Assembly: GCA_965287045.1 (NCBI GenBank)
Contig: OZ336871.1
Coordinates: forward strand, 92,256,001 to 92,320,000
Source: Carcharhinus amblyrhynchos
Taxonomy: Eukaryota
DNA length: 64,000 nt
Reading direction: 5' to 3'
The translations under genes and the position numbers were made by a program. Below are positions 22,500-35,643 of the stretch, piece after piece (within the stretch, counting starts at the first letter, position 1; each line of letters begins with the position of its first letter). The notes beneath the pieces were generated by a model that did not search any database, was not told the origin of the DNA, and saw nothing but the letters and a program-made list of their open reading frames with translations.

Positions 22500-23095
22500 C
22501 AGGCTATTCAGCCCAATAATCTAATGCAGGTATTTAGGCTCCACACAAGCCTATGCCAATCTACTTCTGCCATTCTCAACAACATATCCTCCTAGTTCTT
22601 TCTCCTCCATGTGTTTATCTGGCTTCCCCTTAAATATAGCTATGCCAGTCACCTCAACTGCTCCTGCCCCTTGTGGTGGCAAATTCTGTACTCTCACCAC
22701 ACTCTAACCAAAGCTTCTCCTAAATTTGGTACTTCCTGCAATTCCATCTGCTCCTCACCCTGTTCTTCATCAATATGCTAAGCAACACGTGGAATGCCCC
22801 ACCAGAAACGTCCTCCCTGCCCTTTCCCCACAAAGCTTTATATCTTTCTTTGTCAATTATTTATTCCTTTCCTTTTTAATAAATATTACAAATCCTGATT
22901 CTATGTCAGTTCCTGATGGGACATTCTAACAATTTTTTTGTAACTTCTCCTGGGTTCTTTTGGTAATGATCTCTGAAACTTATACCCATTAATTAGTGAA
23001 TCACAGTCTATCTTATCAAAGTCCCTCATAATTTTGAATTCTTGATGTCGTACCTTTCTAATCTTTTTCCGTTCTAGTGAAAAGACCTCCAGTTT
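22500..23095 (-). mobile_element. Highly decayed CR1 3' region
   Basis: Minus-strand LEVFSLERKKIR..FKIMRDFDKID. Confidence 0.55.
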
Positions 23096-24604
23096 CTCTG
23101 AGGCCTCTGATCTTTGATATCGCCCCAGTGAATCCCATCCTGTCTGCTTTTGGCATGGGATCATATTAAAAGCAATTAATTAAAAAGCATTATGAAGCTT
23201 GGGCATGCAAACTCTTCAAAAAGCCAGAAAACATTGTTCATGCTGAATTTGTTGTCTTATCAATCAAATATTCAGACCTACTTGTCCAATTCAGCGAATC
23301 ATTCTTCTGCAATGCTGAGGGTGTTCAGTGTAGGCACATCACTGCTGCATCAACCTGTTAAACTCATCAAATAGCTATTATGATTCAATTTAGTAGCTCT
23401 CCAACTTCTCAAGCTCCTGTAGAATCAATTCATGAGATTAGCTCCTGAGATATTGGCATCAGTGGTTTCCTTCTGCACATCCATGCACCACCCAAATACT
23501 TATTGATTGAAAATAGGTTTGATCCTAAAAAAACAGTGCTTCACATCTACCCATGGCATTTGCCTTGTGGGTGTTTTGCTGTAATATCCTCCAGTGATTG
23601 CTCAGTTAAATCAGCAATTCCTGGCTTGTTCTGATAACTTGCCAAGATTGTGACTGCTCAGTCGGGAAATATTATTCTGGCTCTGGAACTGCCGTTCCTC
23701 CTCTTAAATGAGATTCCCATCTGCATTCGACCATTGTCTCTCTATTAGTAGCACAAAGCCATTTTGTTGCACTTTGGAATAGTTTTCATATTTTGCCTAG
23801 AAGTAAAAAGCAATTCTAGGAAAAGATATATCCTTAACTAAGAAGAGATATACTTAACATTATATGTTGATGTCATCAGAAACAAGAGTGAGCCCAGGTA
23901 TGGCTGGCAGTGGAAGGCTGTTTCCTTTTCTAGGCCTTCAGATTAGATAGTGATACAGCAAAGGTTGTGGGTTGAAAAGCTCCCTACAGCATTTCTTGAC
24001 AATCAATGATTGATCCTCTGAGGGAGGATCAATGATCAGATTCAAAGATCAAATCCAGTTTATCAGGTACACTTCAAGCATGAGAATCATGTCAAAAATC
24101 ATGTCGTCTCCACATAAGTGGTTATGCAGCCTCTAAAGTGGATTGTCCACATGTCAAGATACCATGAATGTTCCAGGCAAGCATGTTTGTGTGGTCTGTC
24201 TACTACATTTGAAGCCTTTATCCATTGGCTGGTAGAGGCTGTGAGTTCACATGGAGCCATGGTGTTTGGCAGCATTGTATGTTGTACATGTCCATATGGT
24301 AGATGTATGCTATTGAAAGTGGACATTGGTGGTGGATGGATAATGAAGAAAATGATTCAAGGAGTTGTCCTACACAGATGTGTCATCACCCTTCACAATG
24401 TGCAGTAGCTGCAGTACTGTTCACACATGTAATCATAACTGAAGGTCATGGGTCTAAAGTCTTGCTTCTAACTGGCACGGTCAGCATAGTGAGCTTGGTT
24501 TGAGTATGCACAAGCATTTTCACCAGCTCATTTACAATTTCTAACGTATATTCTAATGGTCTAGGTTCTGAAGAACTTCTTAAGATGTATTTGTGCACTA
24601 TGTT

Positions 24605-24880
24605 AAGGCTGAAAATAAAGGGTTGCTCAATTAAGACAGAATATTTTTTTCTCAGAGAATCGTAAGTCTCTGGAACTCACTTTCTCCAAAGGCAGTGGAA
24701 ATGTTGAAGGCAGAGCTGGATGGATTTTTGATTAACAAGGTGGGGGGGAGGGGTGAAAAGTTATCAGAGGTAAGCAGGGATTTGGGATTGAGGTTACAAT
24801 CTGATTAGCTATGATTTCATTGAATTGTGGAACAGGCTCAAGTAGCTATGTGGCCTCCCCTTGTTCCTAATTTGTATATA
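24605..24880 (+). mobile_element. CR1 3' end fragment
   Basis: AGGCTGAAAATAAAGGG..TTTTCTCAGAGA..CTCTGGAACTCAC followed by CR1 3' UTR. Confidence 0.65.
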
Positions 24881-25350
24881 GGAAAATCTTGTCTAAATTA
24901 GGAGCTTTTGATAATGACCCCGGTTGTAAGATTGTTTGGTGTTTCACTAAAATGTCCAGAGGTTTGTATGGTTAAATATAAATTGGTAACCCATAACTGT
25001 ATATATATCCAGGGTACTATCATGCATGAGTACTACTTCCATGCTGGCTCCTTCCATACTCGATGACATACAGTCTACCATCATCTAACTCTCTACCTCA
25101 TGACGTTCTCCAGTCCCACATTAACACTTTCTTTGCCCGAACATCCTTATAACATACTTTCTCCCAATTGCAAACTTCAAAAATAGAAGACAGATGAAGC
25201 ACAGGCAGGCATTAAATAGGAGCACAGTGGACAGAGGCTCATGTTAAAAAAGCAAAATTAAAGGCACTCCATCTAAATGCATCTTGCATTCACAAAAAAA
25301 TGTTGATGATTTGAATGCACAAATTGAGGTGAATGGATATGATTCAATTG

Positions 25351-26870
25351 AACATAAGAACATAAGAAATAGGAGCAGGAGTAGGCCACCTAGCCCTTCG
25401 AGCCTGCCCCGCCATTCAATAAGATCATGGCTGATCTGAAGTGGCTCAGTTCCACTTTCCCGCTTTCTCCCCATAACCCTTAATCCCCTTGCCTACCAAA
25501 AACCTATCTACCCGCGTCTTAAATATATTTAGCGAGGCAGCCTCCACCACTTCAACGGGCAGAGAATTCCAGAGATTCACCACCCTTTGAGTGAAGAAGT
25601 TCCTCCTCAACTCCATTCTAAACTGTCCCCCCCTTATCTTGAGGCTGTGCCCTCTAGTCCTGCTGTCCTTTCTGAGCGGGAAGAACCTCTCCACCTCTAC
25701 CCTATCCATCCCCTTCATCATCTTATACGTCTCAATGAGGTCTCCCCTCATCCTTCTAAACTCCAACGAGTACCATCCCAGTCTATTCAGCCTCTCTTCA
25801 TAGTTCAACCCCCTCAACTCCTGTATCAGCCTAGTGAACCTCCTCTGCACTCCCTCCAACGCCAAAATATCCTTGCACAAGTGCGGCGACCAAAACTGCA
25901 CACAGTACTCCAGCTGCGGCCTCACCAGTGCCCTGTACAGTTGCAGCAAGACCTCCCTACTTTTATATTCAATCCCCCTCGCTATGAAGGCCAGCATCCC
26001 ATTTGCCTTCCTGGTCACCTGCTGCACCTGTAGGATGGGTTTTTGCGACTCATGCACAAGGACCCCCCCGTCCCTCTGCACTGTAGCATTCTGCAGCTTT
26101 TCGCCACGTAAGTAGTAGTCCCTCCTACTATTATTCCTGCCAAAGTGGATAACCTCACACTTCCCAACATTGTATTCCATCTGCCAGGTCCTCGCCCACT
26201 CGCTCAGCCTATCTAGATCCCTCTGCAGACTTTCTACACTCTCCGAACAATTTGCTTTTCCACTTATCTTTGTGTCATCAGCAAATTTCGACACCCTACA
26301 CTCGGTTCCCTCCTCCAGATCATCTATATAAATGGTAAATAGCTGAGGCCCCAGATCCGATCCCTGGGGCAGTCCACTAGTCACCAACCGCCAATCCGAA
26401 TAGCACCCATTGACACCTACTCTCTGCCTCCTATTTGACAGCCAATCCTCTATCCACGCTAACACCTTACCCCCAACTCCATGCCCCCTAACCTTCTGTA
26501 ACAACCTTTTGTGTGGCACCTTATCAAACGCCTTCTGAAAATCGAGAAACACCACATCCACCGGTTCCCCTCCGTCCACTGCACTAGACACATCCTCATA
26601 GAATTCCAATAAATTCATCAGACACGACTTCCCCTTAACGAATCCGTGCTGCGTCTGCTCTATCAAACAATTCTTCTCAAGATGCCTCGCTATTTCTTCT
26701 TTGATGACGGATTCAAGCACTTTTCCTACAACAGACGTTAAACTAACCGGCCTATAATTCCCTGCCTTTTGCCTGCTACCCTTTTTAAACAGCGGCGTAA
26801 CATTAGCCGTTTTCCAATCTTCCGGCACTTCCCCCGAATCCAGCGAGGTTTGGAAAATAATCACTAAGGC
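25351..26870 (-). mobile_element. Young CR1 LINE, 5'-truncated (subfamily B), with AATTG TSD
   Basis: Open RT frame, (TTCTTATG)n tail; AATTG at 25346-25350 and 26879-26883. Confidence 0.95.
25446..26864 (-). CDS. CR1 reverse transcriptase, 472 aa open frame (truncated ORF2)
   Basis: Near-identical to 18033-19862; FADD motif present. Confidence 0.9.
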   Translation of the reverse strand: MIIFQTSLDSGEVPEDWKTANVTPLFKKGSRQKAGNYRPVSLTSVVGKVLESVIKEEIARHLEKNCLIEQTQHGFVKGKSCLMNLLEFYEDVSSAVDGGEPVDVVFLDFQKAFDKVPHKRLLQKVRGHGVGGKVLAWIEDWLSNRRQRVGVNGCYSDWRLVTSGLPQGSDLGPQLFTIYIDDLEEGTECRVSKFADDTKISGKANCSESVESLQRDLDRLSEWARTWQMEYNVGKCEVIHFGRNNSRRDYYLRGEKLQNATVQRDGGVLVHESQKPILQVQQVTRKANGMLAFIARGIEYKSREVLLQLYRALVRPQLEYCVQFWSPHLCKDILALEGVQRRFTRLIQELRGLNYEERLNRLGWYSLEFRRMRGDLIETYKMMKGMDRVEVERFFPLRKDSRTRGHSLKIRGGQFRMELRRNFFTQRVVNLWNSLPVEVVEAASLNIFKTRVDRFLVGKGIKGYGEKAGKWN

Positions 26871-28109
26871 TAATCACTAATTGCTATGATAGATACATGG
26901 CTAACGGGTGGCCAAGATTTGGAAACTGTTCATCCAAGGATTTTCAGCATTTAGGAGGGATTGACAAAAAGGAAAAGGAGGTTGGGATTGGGGGAAATGT
27001 ACTAGTGTGGATTGAGAGTTGGGTAACAGACAGAAAAGAGAGTGGGAATAAATGGACCATTCTCAGGATGACAGTCTATTACTAGTAGAGTATCACAGGA
27101 TCAGTGCTAGCTTCACAGCTGTTCACTATCTATAGTATGATTTGGATGGGGAAACAATTGTAATATTTTCAAATTTGCTGACAACGCTAAACTGGGTTGG
27201 AATGTAAGTTGTGAGGAGGATGCAAGAAGGCTTCAAGAGACATTGGCAGATTAAGTGAATGGGCTAGAACAAGGCAGATAGAATAGTGAATGGTGTAGCA
27301 GGCTCAAGGGGCTGAATGGCCTACTCTGTTGACTCTGCCTTCACTTGGGTTTTTCATTTAATCTACGCTGTGGATTCTTCTGCCTTTCAGCCTTTTTCTC
27401 CTTTCTGAGCTTTGCTCCACCTTTTGTGATCCAGTTAGGTCCCTTGACTCTGCCTTTGATCATTCTGGCAAAGGATTTTTACTTGCACTGATGGAGTCCT
27501 TCAGTCTGCAGTGGAATGTTTTTTAGGCGATCCCCAACTGCCTCTTCAATTTATGCTGACTTCTCACAAGTCAAGTTTCTTTACTTCTTCATGCTTTGAG
27601 ATTCTGAATTCCTCTGGGATTTTGGCACCCATCCTTCATTGTAACCATGCTGTAAGGTTGTTTGGTATTTCACAGGGTATTCTGGAGACTTTCGTATTTA
27701 AACATAAACAATTTATTGGTAATCCATAACTATATGCTTATCCGAGGCACTACCATGCCTTGGTGCTGTCTCCACACTGACTCCTTTCAGAATCAACTGC
27801 ACACACAGTCTACTATCATGTGTCTCTCTATGTCTCTATGTGGGTTCACCAGTCCCATATAAACACTTGCTCTGCCCAGACACTCTTATACTACAAACCC
27901 CTCTTGTAAAGAATCAGCCATAACTAGTTGCATGGACCTTCTTTTCAGAAGGTCCTGGCCCACTTCTTCAGATCTTTGACTTTTGACATGGGCCTCTTCC
28001 TCTTACTTCTCAACTTCCTCACCTTCCTTCTCCTCATAACAATATGCCTGATTTCTGCTCTCTCTGGTTGAAAGCCCCGCTATTGTGCCATATTGTGTAG
28101 CATTCAGTA

Positions 28110-29343
28110 CACTATGACTAGTTCTTTGAGGAAGTAACAAGGAAGTTAGATAAAGGAGAGCCAGTGGATGTGATTTATTTAGATTTCCAGAAGACCTTTG
28201 ACAAGGTGCTGCATAGGACACTGTTAAATAAGTTAAGTGCCTATGGTGTTAAGGGTAAGATCCTGGCATAGATAGAGGATTGGTTGACTGAAAGAAGGCA
28301 GAGAGTGTGGGTAAAGGGGTCTTTTTCAGGATGGCAGCCGATGACTAGTGGTGTGCCTCAGGGGTCAGTGCTGGAACCACAACTTTTCACAATATACATC
28401 AACGATTTGGAGGAAAGAACTGAAGGCACAGTTGTTAAGTTTGCAGATGATACAAAGATATGTAGAGGAACAGGTAGTATTGAGGAAGCAGAGGGAGGGG
28501 CTTCACAAGGACTTGGACAGGTTAGGAGAGTGGGCAAAGAAGTGGCAGATGGAATACAATGTGGAAAAGTGTGAGTTATGCACTTTGGAAAGAGGAATTG
28601 AGGCATAAACTATTTTCTAAATGAGAAAATGCTTAGGGAATCAGAAACACAAAGGGAATTGGGAATCATTGTTCAAGGTTCTCTTAAGGTTAATGTACAG
28701 GTTCAGCTGGCAGTTAGGAAGGCAAATGCAATGTTAGCATTCATGTCAAGAGGGCTAGAATACAAGAGCAGGGATATACTTCTGAGGCTGTATAAGACTC
28801 TGGTCAGACTCCATTTGGAGTATTTTAAACAGTTTTGGGTCTGTTTCTAAGGAAGAATGTGCTGGCCTTGGAAAGGGCCCAGAGGCAATACACAAGAATG
28901 ATCTCTGGAGTGAAGAGCTTGTCATATGAAGAACGACTGAGGCCTCTGGATCTGTACTCATTGGAATTTAGAAGGATGAAGAGAGATCTTATTGAAACTT
29001 ACAGGATACTGCGAGGCCTGGATAGAGTGAACATGGAGAGGATGTTTCCATTAGCAGGAAAAACTAGAACTAGAGGGCAGTACCTCAGACTAAAGGGAAA
29101 ATCCTTTAAAACAGAGATGAGGAGGAATTTTTTCAGCCAGTGAGTGGTGAATTTGTGGAACTCTTTGCTGCAGAAAGTTGTGGAGGCCAAGTCATTGAGT
29201 GTCTTTAAGACAGAGATAGATAGGTTCTTGATTGATAAATGGATCAGGGGTTATGGGGAAAAAAAATCAGCCGTGACTGAATGGCGGAGCAGACTCGATG
29301 GGCTGAGTGGCCTAATTCTGCTCCTATATCATATGGTCTTATG
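28110..29343 (+). mobile_element. Older CR1 LINE, RT region to tail
   Basis: SGVPQGSVLEPQLFTIYINDL, KFADDTK, LYSLEFRRMKRDLIETY, with frameshifts; tail ATCATATGGTCTTATGG. Confidence 0.9.
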
Positions 29344-30806
29344 GAGACCTCTGCAGGAAAATATTGCACTGCTCCATCTGACTAGTCCAAGCACCTAAAG
29401 CATATCTTCAAAATGCCGATAGTCAGCTCTATTTTATTGCAGGTCAGCACATGGCTCTTGTTATAATGCTTTTTACACTCTGCAGCTACCTAAATGGTGG
29501 GGATATCAACCACCTCCCTAATGGGTAACCCTTGTCCCACAGAAGCCTTACTACAGATTTGTGTTGGTATGTGAAAAATCTACGACAGTTCCAATTTCCT
29601 CATAATAATAGATTCATAGCAGTTTCCAGGGTACCATGCAAACAAGCACAGGAATACCTTGGTGTGGTCACACATCACCTAAGCATTCAGGGAGTTAAAT
29701 AGTTTAGTGTTTATAAAGATATCAGACCAATAACACAGTGTCCTTAATGTGACTTGAGTGCAGTTGATAGCCCCAAAAAATTTAATTTCTTTAATCACCT
29801 CAAAGAGACACAAACAGACAAAATTTGCAGAAACTCACCAAGCCATTTAATTCAATCTTAGGGGCTTTGATCAGTTTTGTGGTGGGGATCAGCTTCCGGT
29901 CTGACAGTTTTAAACCAGCACAAAACATTGTAGAAAATCGATTCACACTGAATACATCTGATGATTGAAATCCCTTGATGTTTTCTGCGATTTTGGGGAA
30001 GCAGTGCTGGAAAACCAGTTCAACCTAGAGCAAACTCTAACACGTTGTGTAAACCAAACGCCAAAGAGCTGTGCCTATTTTACATTGTTAAAAATAAAAA
30101 ATATTTGCATTCACATTTTCTTGAAACCTGAGAAGGTTCACATTATCACGTCAGCAATTGAAATTGGAAAGAAACAAAAATAAACAGTGGTATTGCATTG
30201 AAGTTTCATAATTATGATTTCCATAATTTAAGAGGAATTATAAACAGAAATATTACCAAGTCCATCTCTTTTTGATCGTCCTCAATCCCACTGAAGTTCT
30301 GTCTTTTGGAATTTATGCTTTCTGCTTTAATGGATTTTATTGGGAATTTATTTTCGCAATTTCTTCATACAATAAGGCTTTGTCTTACTCTCTTCCTCAT
30401 TTTTAACTTGTGTATTTTTACCCTTTTCACAGATCAGGCTTTTCAATACGCTCCACAGCCTTGAAGACTTCAATTAAATCAACTCACAGTCTAACCTTTC
30501 CAAAGGAAACAGTCAAAACATTTTTGACCTTTTCTCATAACCTGAGCTCCTAATGGCTGGTATCTTCCCTTTGGTTTGACTTAGAACTCTTTCAAGCACA
30601 GCAATATCCTTCCTATGATTGAGTGACAAGAACTAAACACAGTACTGCAAAAGAGATCAGACAACATCAAACTAGCCTCTTTTAATTTATACTCTCTCAC
30701 CTAATGAAACTCAGTAAGCTATTTATCAAGTTGATATTTCATAAATATTTAATATATTAAATGGCCTCAGGAAAAATGTCATGTAAACATTTTGTTTGGG
30801 ATTGTG

Positions 30807-30926
30807 AGGCAGGATTTTACAGCGTCACTTGTTCCAAAACTGTAAAATCCTGCCTGAGGACATTTCCATTGTTCACACCTTGTCCACTCCGATTCTCCTG
30901 GTGGGTGGGGCGGTAAACTTCCAGCC
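30807..30926. mobile_element. MITE-like element with an internal perfect 16-bp inverted repeat
   Basis: AGGCAGGATTTTACAG (30807-30822) / CTGTAAAATCCTGCCT (30840-30855); ends GGTAAACTTCCAGCC. Confidence 0.6.
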
Positions 30927-31439
30927 TTGAGATCAAAATGTCCATATTTCTCTGTAACCAATTTAGATAGTAAGATAGTGTTCCCAATAGCCTGATCACT
31001 GATCTCTCAATCTATCACATAATCATATATTAACCTCTCCTAAAAAATCCTCCACAAGTTCTTTCTGAGGAAATCTGCCTTTTTTTAAATATTAAAATTT
31101 CTAATGATAAAAATAAATAACAAACAAGATAAAAAAAACTACAGAAGTTACTCATTTAAATTGTCTGATTCAATGTATCCTTTTAATGATAGGTATTTGT
31201 TTTAATGTCTTCATTGACTTTTGTGTGTGAAAGCCTCAGCTTTTCTCAAAAACATATATTTGTCTACGCTATTTGAAAACGATGTCATTTGACATTGTGC
31301 AGCACAGCCAAGTTTCCGTGAAGTACTGGTCAATCAGCTGTATTGATGAAATATTCTTCTTTAGATTATTGCAGTTACCATTCTGGCACTTATCAAATTA
31401 ATTTTAAGGAAAGCTAGAGAATAAATTTCAAAAACTGAA

Positions 31440-31937
31440 GTTAAGAAAGCCCATCAACGCCTCTACTTTCTCAGACAAAAAAGGAAATTTGGCATGTCTG
31501 TCACAACTCTCGCCAATTTTACAGATGCACTGTAGAAAGTATTCTTTCCAGTTGTATCAGAGCTTGGTATGGGTCCTGTTCTGCCCAAGACTGCAAGAAA
31601 CTATAAAGGATCGTGAATGAAGCCTGGTCCATCACATACCAGCTTCCCATCCATTGACTCTGTCTACACTTCCCGCTGCCACGGCAAAATAACCAGCATA
31701 ATCAAGGACCCCACGTATCCTGGACATTCTCTCTTCCACTTTCTTCCATCAGGAAAAAGATACAAAAGTCTGAGGTCATGTGCCTAACGACTTAAGAACA
31801 GCTTCTTCCCTGCTGAATGGATCTATCTCACACTAAGTTGACCTTTCTCTACACCTTATCTATGACTGTAACACTACATTCTAGACTCTCTCTCACTGAA
31901 CGCTAATACATGTGACAATAATAAATCAAATCAAATC
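31440..31937 (+). mobile_element. Rex1/Babar-like LINE 3' fragment
   Basis: GTTAAGAAAGCCCATCAACGCCTCTACTTTCTC (VKKAHQRLYFL); tail CATGTGACAATAATAAATCAAATCAAATC. Confidence 0.8.
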
Positions 31938-32224
31938 AGTGGTTAACACCGCTGCCTCCCAACACCGGGGACCCAGGATCAATTCCGGCCTCAGGTAACT
32001 GTCTGTGTGGAGTTTACACATTTTTCCCTGTGTCTACATGAGTTTCCTCCAGGTGCTCAAGTTTCCTCCCACAACCCAGAGATGTGTGGATTAGGTTGAT
32101 TGGCCATGCTAAATTGACCATTAGTGTCAAGGGGACTAGGAGGGTAAATACGGGGTTACGAGGATAGAAGATTGTTGTCGAAAGGCTGAATCGCCTCTTT
32201 CTGCATGAGAGGGATTCTATGATC
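31937..32224 (+). mobile_element. V-SINE with CR1 tail; head abuts the Rex1 tail
   Basis: CAGTGGTTAACACCGCTGCCTC, V-domain, GGGATTCTATGAT tail. Confidence 0.75.
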
Positions 32225-34025
32225 CTCTGATTATTAAAGGAACTATATAAATGCAAGTCTTTCTTTTCAATTTGTAGCTGCATCTGCCTGAATTTATAAG
32301 GAGTGATTTCTCAACTTCACCTTCTTAATGGGAACTCATCAGGAGATTCTGGAAGTGAATAGAAAATCATAGGGAGCTTGTGGTTGAATTCTCACTGATG
32401 CTCCCAGGGGTTAAACTTTGCACCAGGAGCGTCCATTTATAAAATGACCTCTAAAAATGTCAAAGTTAAATTGTCTTCTCAAGAGAAATGATTTGTAAAT
32501 TAATGTCAGCTCATTATTTTTATCATCCCCTCGTGGCTGGGAACAAGTATAATTTTGAAGTCACTCAGCACATTTTCTCATGTCCTCTTTCACCTCCTTT
32601 GTTCTAAGCAGAATTGAAAATCTCCTTTCCCACTTTCTGCATTGTACTCCCACTATGGTGTGCAACTGATGAGCCTTAAGAACCAGGAAAGAAGGCAGGT
32701 CAGGAAAGGCATTGATGTTGCTTGCCAGAATATATTTGTCTCTCTTTCAATGCTGACTGTGTCACCAGTGTAATACCGGTGTGCGTGTGTCTCTTAGAGA
32801 AGCACATTAATAAAAGGAGCAGCTTTATGCTGTTCTGGGACTGTTATATCCTGTCTTGCTGCTTAGACGGGATGTCGCAACAGCAAATGATTTTTATGAA
32901 ACAATAGTGATAAAACGATAGACATTATATCATGCCTTATTGGATTGTGTGCTCTGAAACTAAACACTATCTGATGAAAACAAATGTTCTCTCAGTGGGT
33001 AAAAGTTTCCTAACCGTGGATGTGATTTTGAGCCTTACAGATTGAGAAAAGTTTTTAAAAATTGTGCAAACCAAATCTTAAAAATTAATATGCAAAACAA
33101 TTTCATACCAGCCTTGCATTACTTCTTGAAGCTGAGAAGAATTCTTTTACAATAATTGTCTCATCTTTTACACACCAGAGTGAAAATCAAGGTGTGATTC
33201 AGTTGACGATGAACAATTCTTTATTATTGACGAGATTCAATGTCAAATCAGGTGCAGAAGGTCAAATGAAAAGAAGGAAAAAAAGATTGGGAGAGAGGAA
33301 AGGAGAAGTTGAAAAAATGTTCAATTTAAAATTTATATTTTTAACATTTCCAACAATTACTCTCAAAAGAATTGAGACTCCCAAGTGTGTTGTTCATTTG
33401 CTGGGCTGATGAGATTGATAAATAATAACTTACACTTGTAACATTAAAAGAATCCTTCGACTAAAATTGACAAGACTTAATTTTCTGTGCAGGTGTTAGT
33501 TTGTGTTAGTTACACAATTACAGCACTCGTCATGTTATTCAATACAGGTGATGCCACACTGCCTCTTAGACAGCAACCTTTCGATTTCCCCCTTGAGCTG
33601 CGCTTTTGCAGTTTGTCTGAAATTCCTGCAGTATTTGTACACAAGTAACCATGAGCACAATTAGCCTCTTTTTCATTTTGACAGCAAGTTCTGGCTGATT
33701 ACATTAGATGGTGTCCTGCTCTGTAGTCGATATTTGCCGATTGTGCTGCATTGTTAATGTGTTAATTTATGTTTTATTTGATTGCTAAGCCACACCAGTA
33801 GGGCATAAAACAAATACAAAAAAGATGCCCCAGCATCCAGCTTTATCTTATGCAATCCTACATTTAAAACATACTACCACATACAATTCACTGCGCTAAA
33901 AATTATCACCTTCTATAGAGCTAATTTAAATAATCAATTTTTTTTAATAGAAAGTCCATTTTGAGTTTTCAGTCCCCATATATATAACTGCAAAAAAAAA
34001 GCTTGCAACGAAAGAAAAAGAATCA

Positions 34026-34796
34026 ATTACTTACGTGGCGAAAAACTGCAGCAGGCTACGGTGCAGAGGGTCCTCGGGGTCCTTGTGCATGAGTCGCAAA
34101 AACCCAGCCTGCAGGTGCAGCAGGTGGTCAGGAAGGCGAATGGGATGCTGGCCTTCATAGCGAGGGGGATTGAATATAAAAGTAGGGAGGTCTTGCTACA
34201 GCTGTATAGGGCATTGGTAAGGCCGCAGCTGGAGTACTGTGTGCGGTTTTGGTCGCCGTACTTACGCAAGGATATTTTGGCCTTGGAGGGAGTGCAGGGG
34301 AGGTTTACTAGGCTGATACCGGAGTTGAGGGGGTTGAGCTATGAGGAGAGGCTGAATAAACTAGGCTTGTACTCGTTAGAGTTTAGAAGAATGAGGGGAG
34401 ATCTCATTGAGACGTATAAGATGATGAATGGGATGGATAGGATAGAGGTGGAGAGACTCTTCCCGCTCAGAAAGGACAGTAGGACTAGGGGGCACAGCCT
34501 CAAGATAAAGGGGGGGCAGTTTAGAACGGAGTTGAGGAGGGACTTCTTCACTCAAAGGGTGGTGAATCTCTGGAATTCTCTGCCCGTTGAAGTGGTGGAG
34601 GCTGCCTCGCTAAATATATTTAAGACGCGGGTTGATGGGTTTTTGATAAGCAAGGGGATTAAGGGTTATGGGGAGAGGGAATGTGGAACTGAGCCACGGC
34701 AGATCAGCCGTGATCTTATTGAATGGCGGGGCAGGCTCGAAGGGCTAGATGGCCTACTCCTGTTCCTATTTCTTATGTTCTTATGTTATGTTCTTA
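34026..34796 (+). mobile_element. Young CR1 LINE, short 3' fragment (subfamily A)
   Basis: Near-identical to 7908-8681; a small deletion near the stop codon extends the ORF-track frame. Confidence 0.95.
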
Positions 34797-35643
34797 ATTC
34801 ATGTGAAATATACTCACCCACAGCGCCAGCTATTAATTATTCAAATGTAACTCAAATGGGTTATTCAGTGTCACTCTGAATGAAGTAATATAATTTTTCA
34901 TAGAGGGACAAACATCCCCCTCCACTCCTGACACTCAATGGTCAAGTCATCATCCCCCTCAATATGCAGGCAGTTTGCCCCAAACTACCCCTAGCCCCAT
35001 TCTCATCAGCCTCATGGGGCATACCGCCCACCCCCCATCTTCGGTGGCATTGGGGGGGTACCTCCCCATTCTCAGTGTCTGCTCCACCCTTCTCACCATT
35101 ATGCAAGCACAAGAGCCTCCTTCCACCATTGCCCCTCCCCTACTTAATGGGGTACTCTACAAGCCCTGCCTCAGATCCCACCCCTGGCAATGCCAACTTG
35201 CTACAGTACCAGCCATGTCCCTCATCACCCAGGGGCTATACTTACCTTCATCCCCCCCAGTGTGGTCATCACAACTACTTTTTTGTTTTTGAACATCTAA
35301 CACACCCTAGAAGCAATGATGTTAACTTATTTAGTAATATTAAAATATATTTAAATTCATGGTGATCAGGTTTCTGGGTGTGAAATTGATTATGTCGCTG
35401 GCGGGGGCCGGGGAAGGTGTCAAGCTGAGATCTCGCCATAATCCCATTATAGGTCTCTTGGATTGCTTTGTGGCCAAAACAGGATGTAGTAGGGCAAACC
35501 CAGGGAGTGTGGGCTGCTGCAAGAGAGGAATGAATGGAAAAGATTAAACTCACAGCACTGTATTATCCACACTCACTGCAGGTAGACACATAACAAATTA
35601 CAAATAACTACATCTCAGATGGTACTAACGCAGTCACACTTAA

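Larger units (their letters stand above)
25250..27330 (+). mobile_element. Old internally deleted CR1 (endonuclease N-terminus joined to RT pieces), interrupted by a young antisense CR1
   Basis: KLKALHLNASCIH..VDDLNAQIEVNGYDSI|AMIDTWL read across the insertion (APE N-terminal motif); then GNVLVWIESWVTDRK and KFADNAKLG. Confidence 0.7.

Noticed and set aside
24010-24034. 10-bp perfect inverted repeat ATTGATCCTC/GAGGATCAAT
   Set aside because: Isolated, inside decayed LINE sequence, and compatible with chance or local fold-back.
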